Part shown: piece after piece, positions 61,615-64,000 of the stretch
How positions within the stretch are numbered: the stretch's first letter is position 1
How the letters are laid out: each line of letters starts with the position of its first letter
Source: Hyphomicrobiales bacterium
GTDB lineage: Bacteria > Pseudomonadota > Alphaproteobacteria > Rhizobiales > NORP267
DNA length: 64,000 bases
NCBI GenBank assembly: GCA_021775875.1
Contig: JAJFHA010000027.1
Span: 21,599 to 85,598, forward strand
Direction of reading: 5' to 3'
The notes under the pieces: model-generated
Seen by the model: the letters and a program-made list of their open reading frames with translations, nothing else
Database searches by the model: none
Told to the model about the DNA's origin: nothing
Made by a program: the position numbers and the translations under genes

Positions 61615-62904
61615 CTAAGGCAGACTTTCCAACGCTGCTTCCAAATCCGCAATCAGGTCTTCTTTATCCTCGATCCCGACAGACAGGCGGACAACATCGG
61701 AACCCGCACCAGCGGCGCTTCGTTGCTGCTCTGTCAATTGACGATGGGTGGTCGAAGCCGGATGAAGGATCAGGCTTCGGGTATCACCGATATTTGCCAG
61801 CAGAGAAAACAAGTAGACATTCGATACCAGTTGAAGGCCGGCTTCATAGCCACCCTTCAAACCGAATGTAAGAACGGCACCTGCGCCCCTCGGGCAGTAT
61901 TTCTCAGCCAGGTTATGATGTCTGTCACCGGGAAGTCCGGCATAATTGACCCAAGCCACCTTGTCATGAGCGTCGAGAAATTCTGATATTGCGAGCGCGT
62001 TCTCGCAATGCTTTTGCATGCGCAAGGGCAGGGTCTCGATCCCGGTCAGTATCAAAAAAGCGTTGAAAGGCGAGAGGGCCGGGCCATAATCGCGCAATCC
62101 CACCATACGGCAGGCAATGGCGAAAGCAAAATTGCCGAATGTTTCATGAAATATCAGCCCACCATAACTTTCGTTTGGTTTGGAAAGCATCGGATAGCGG
62201 CCCTCGCGAGACCAATTAAATGTGCCGCCATCGACAATCACGCCGCCAATTGAATTGCCGTGGCCGCCAAGAAATTTGGTTGCGGAATGCACGATAATAT
62301 CAGCGCCGTGTTCAAAAGGGTTGCATAGATAGGGGCTGGCTAACGTGTTGTCGACAATGAGCGGGACGCCAGCACGTCGGGCAACCTGTGAAATGGCAGC
62401 AATGTCTGTAACTCTACCTCCGGGATTGGCGATTGATTCCACAAAAATTGCTTTTGTACGCGGTGTGACCGCTTTTTCAAACGACTCGATATTGTCGGCA
62501 TCGGCCCAAACCACGTTCCAGTCGCTTTTCTTGAACGATTGACCGAACTGGTTGATCGACCCGCCGTATAATTGACGGGCGGCAATGAATTCATCGCCCG
62601 GATCCATGATTGTATAAAAGACAAGATGCTGGGCCGCATGGCCGGAGGCAACAGCGAGGGCGGCCGTGCCACCTTCAAGTGCCGCGACGCGTTCTTCAAG
62701 AACGGCGCAGGTGGGGTTTCCGATCCGGGTATAAATATTGCCGAACGCTTCAAGTCCAAACAGGGATGCGGCGTGATCGGCGTCATCAAACACAAAACTT
62801 GAAGTTTGATAGATTGGTGTCGCGCGGGCACCTGTGGTCGGGTCTGGCTGTGCGCCTGCGTGAACTGCTAGGGTGTCAAAGCCTGGAATTCGATCTTCAC
62901 TCAT
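61615..62904 (-). CDS. metY: O-acetylhomoserine sulfhydrylase
   Basis: PIYQT, GNIYTRIGNPT, HSATKFLGGHG, ANIGD, HPASTTH, RLSVGIE. Confidence 0.9.
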   Translation of the reverse strand: MSEDRIPGFDTLAVHAGAQPDPTTGARATPIYQTSSFVFDDADHAASLFGLEAFGNIYTRIGNPTCAVLEERVAALEGGTAALAVASGHAAQHLVFYTIMDPGDEFIAARQLYGGSINQFGQSFKKSDWNVVWADADNIESFEKAVTPRTKAIFVESIANPGGRVTDIAAISQVARRAGVPLIVDNTLASPYLCNPFEHGADIIVHSATKFLGGHGNSIGGVIVDGGTFNWSREGRYPMLSKPNESYGGLIFHETFGNFAFAIACRMVGLRDYGPALSPFNAFLILTGIETLPLRMQKHCENALAISEFLDAHDKVAWVNYAGLPGDRHHNLAEKYCPRGAGAVLTFGLKGGYEAGLQLVSNVYLFSLLANIGDTRSLILHPASTTHRQLTEQQRSAAGAGSDVVRLSVGIEDKEDLIADLEAALESLP

Positions 62905-62980
62905 AACAACAACCTTCTTTATAGGGACTGATATGACCATTCATGGTGTAACGATTTGCGAGTGGTTTGCAAATCGGGTT

Positions 62981-63520
62981 TTAGCCTTGATTTTTTCTAT
63001 TTCGCTGAGGCCGCAGGGTCAGATGCTGAAAGCCTTTGCCGGCCAGTTTTGGTTTCTGCGAAGACAATTTACCGCTATTGACCCCGGCCCAGGCAATTTC
63101 ACCTGAAAGCCGCGCATATTCGATTTTTGGACAGCGATTCATGACGACATCCAAACCCGCAGTTTCAGCGCGCACGGCGGCGTCAGTGTTGGAAATCCCC
63201 AATTGCATCCATACAGTAGCCGCCTTCAATTCAATCGCCTGGTCTGTAATACCATCGGCGGCTTCACTGTTGCGGAAAATATCGACCATATCGACGGGTT
63301 CAGTAATATCGGTAAGGCTTCCGATAACCAATTGCCCGAGCAAATGTTGGCCTGCAAGACCCGGATTGACCGGGATCACATTGAAGCCTTTGGCCAGCAT
63401 ATACTTCAAGACAAAATAGCTGGGTCGAACCCTGTTGGCGCTGGCCCCGACCATGGCGATGGTTTTGGTTCTCAACAGGATATTATGGATATAACTGTCA
63501 GGATATCGACTGTGGTCCAT
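62981..63520 (-). CDS. CoA-binding protein (YccU-like)
   Basis: IAMVGAS..RPSY, PVNPG, VDIFR, VWMQLG, MNRCPKIE. Confidence 0.92.
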   Translation of the reverse strand: MDHSRYPDSYIHNILLRTKTIAMVGASANRVRPSYFVLKYMLAKGFNVIPVNPGLAGQHLLGQLVIGSLTDITEPVDMVDIFRNSEAADGITDQAIELKAATVWMQLGISNTDAAVRAETAGLDVVMNRCPKIEYARLSGEIAWAGVNSGKLSSQKPKLAGKGFQHLTLRPQRNRKNQG

Positions 63521-63525
63521 TCAGG

Positions 63526-63999
63526 CTATCCCGTCCATTTGGGTGCGCGCTTTTCAATGAAAGCCGAAAACCCCTCAACGGATTCATCAAGCATCAAATT
63601 CTGAACCATAACTTTTTCCATGGCCTGGTAAGCTTCTTGGCGCGGCATCTGTATTTGTGCCTGAAATGCTTTTTTCCCCAATGCCACTACATTACTGGGT
63701 TTGCCAGCTATTTTACGAGCCAAGGCCATTGTCGCACCTTGCAATTTATCAGGGCTTACAACTTGATTGAGAAGGCCTGCATCCATTGCTTCATGCGCAG
63801 TCAGCATGTCACCCGTTGTAAGTAGCTCCATGGCAATTTTACGGCCAATGTTTCGACTTAACGCAACCATGGGAGTGGAACAGAAAAAGCCGACATCAAT
63901 ACCGTTTACGCCGAACCGGGCAATATCGCTGGCGACGGCCAAGTCACAAGTTGCCACCAACTGGCACCCGGCAGCGGTTGCTATCCCTTGTATTTCAAC
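63526..63999 (-). CDS. Enoyl-CoA hydratase family protein (5' part outside window)
   Basis: Frame open to window edge: GIATAAGCQLVATCDLA, GFFCSTPMVALSRN, EGFSAFIEKRAPKW. Confidence 0.92.
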   Translation of the reverse strand, partial: VEIQGIATAAGCQLVATCDLAVASDIARFGVNGIDVGFFCSTPMVALSRNIGRKIAMELLTTGDMLTAHEAMDAGLLNQVVSPDKLQGATMALARKIAGKPSNVVALGKKAFQAQIQMPRQEAYQAMEKVMVQNLMLDESVEGFSAFIEKRAPKWTG

Positions 64000-64000
64000 A

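Overview
64-kb stretch of core chromosome from an alphaproteobacterium, almost certainly Hyphomicrobiales (Rhizobiales). The gene order is the familiar porin-slt-dapA-smpB-udg-NYN-folK-rpoZ-rsh-pdxJ-acpS-lepB-rnc-era-recO-parC, then hemB, valine catabolism, ldtR-ldtP-glyA-nrdR-rib operon-nusB-thiL, hppA, bamE, plsX-fabH-ihfA-merR-tRNA-Pro, a unipolar-polysaccharide (upp)-type cluster, ctaA and metY. I see no prophage, transposase, integrase, rRNA or CRISPR array. The unusual material is concentrated in the first 6.2 kb. (1) Two tandem porin paralogues are collinear without indels from the signal-peptidase site to the terminator; their long predicted surface loops are near-identical in DNA while their predicted beta-strands differ. 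(2) Both porin upstream regions carry a TGT-N12-ACA box at nearly the same distance from a TTGAA -35. (3) Just downstream of porin 2 is an sRNA-like unit ending in its own terminator, with a 16-nt segment complementary (one G:U) to the ribosome-binding region of porin 1; this is a candidate paralogue-silencing switch. (4) An ArfABC(Rv0899-0901)-like operon follows, containing a 32-codon membrane-peptide ORF missing from the ORF track. All functional calls come from motif recognition by eye; no database search or folding program was run.
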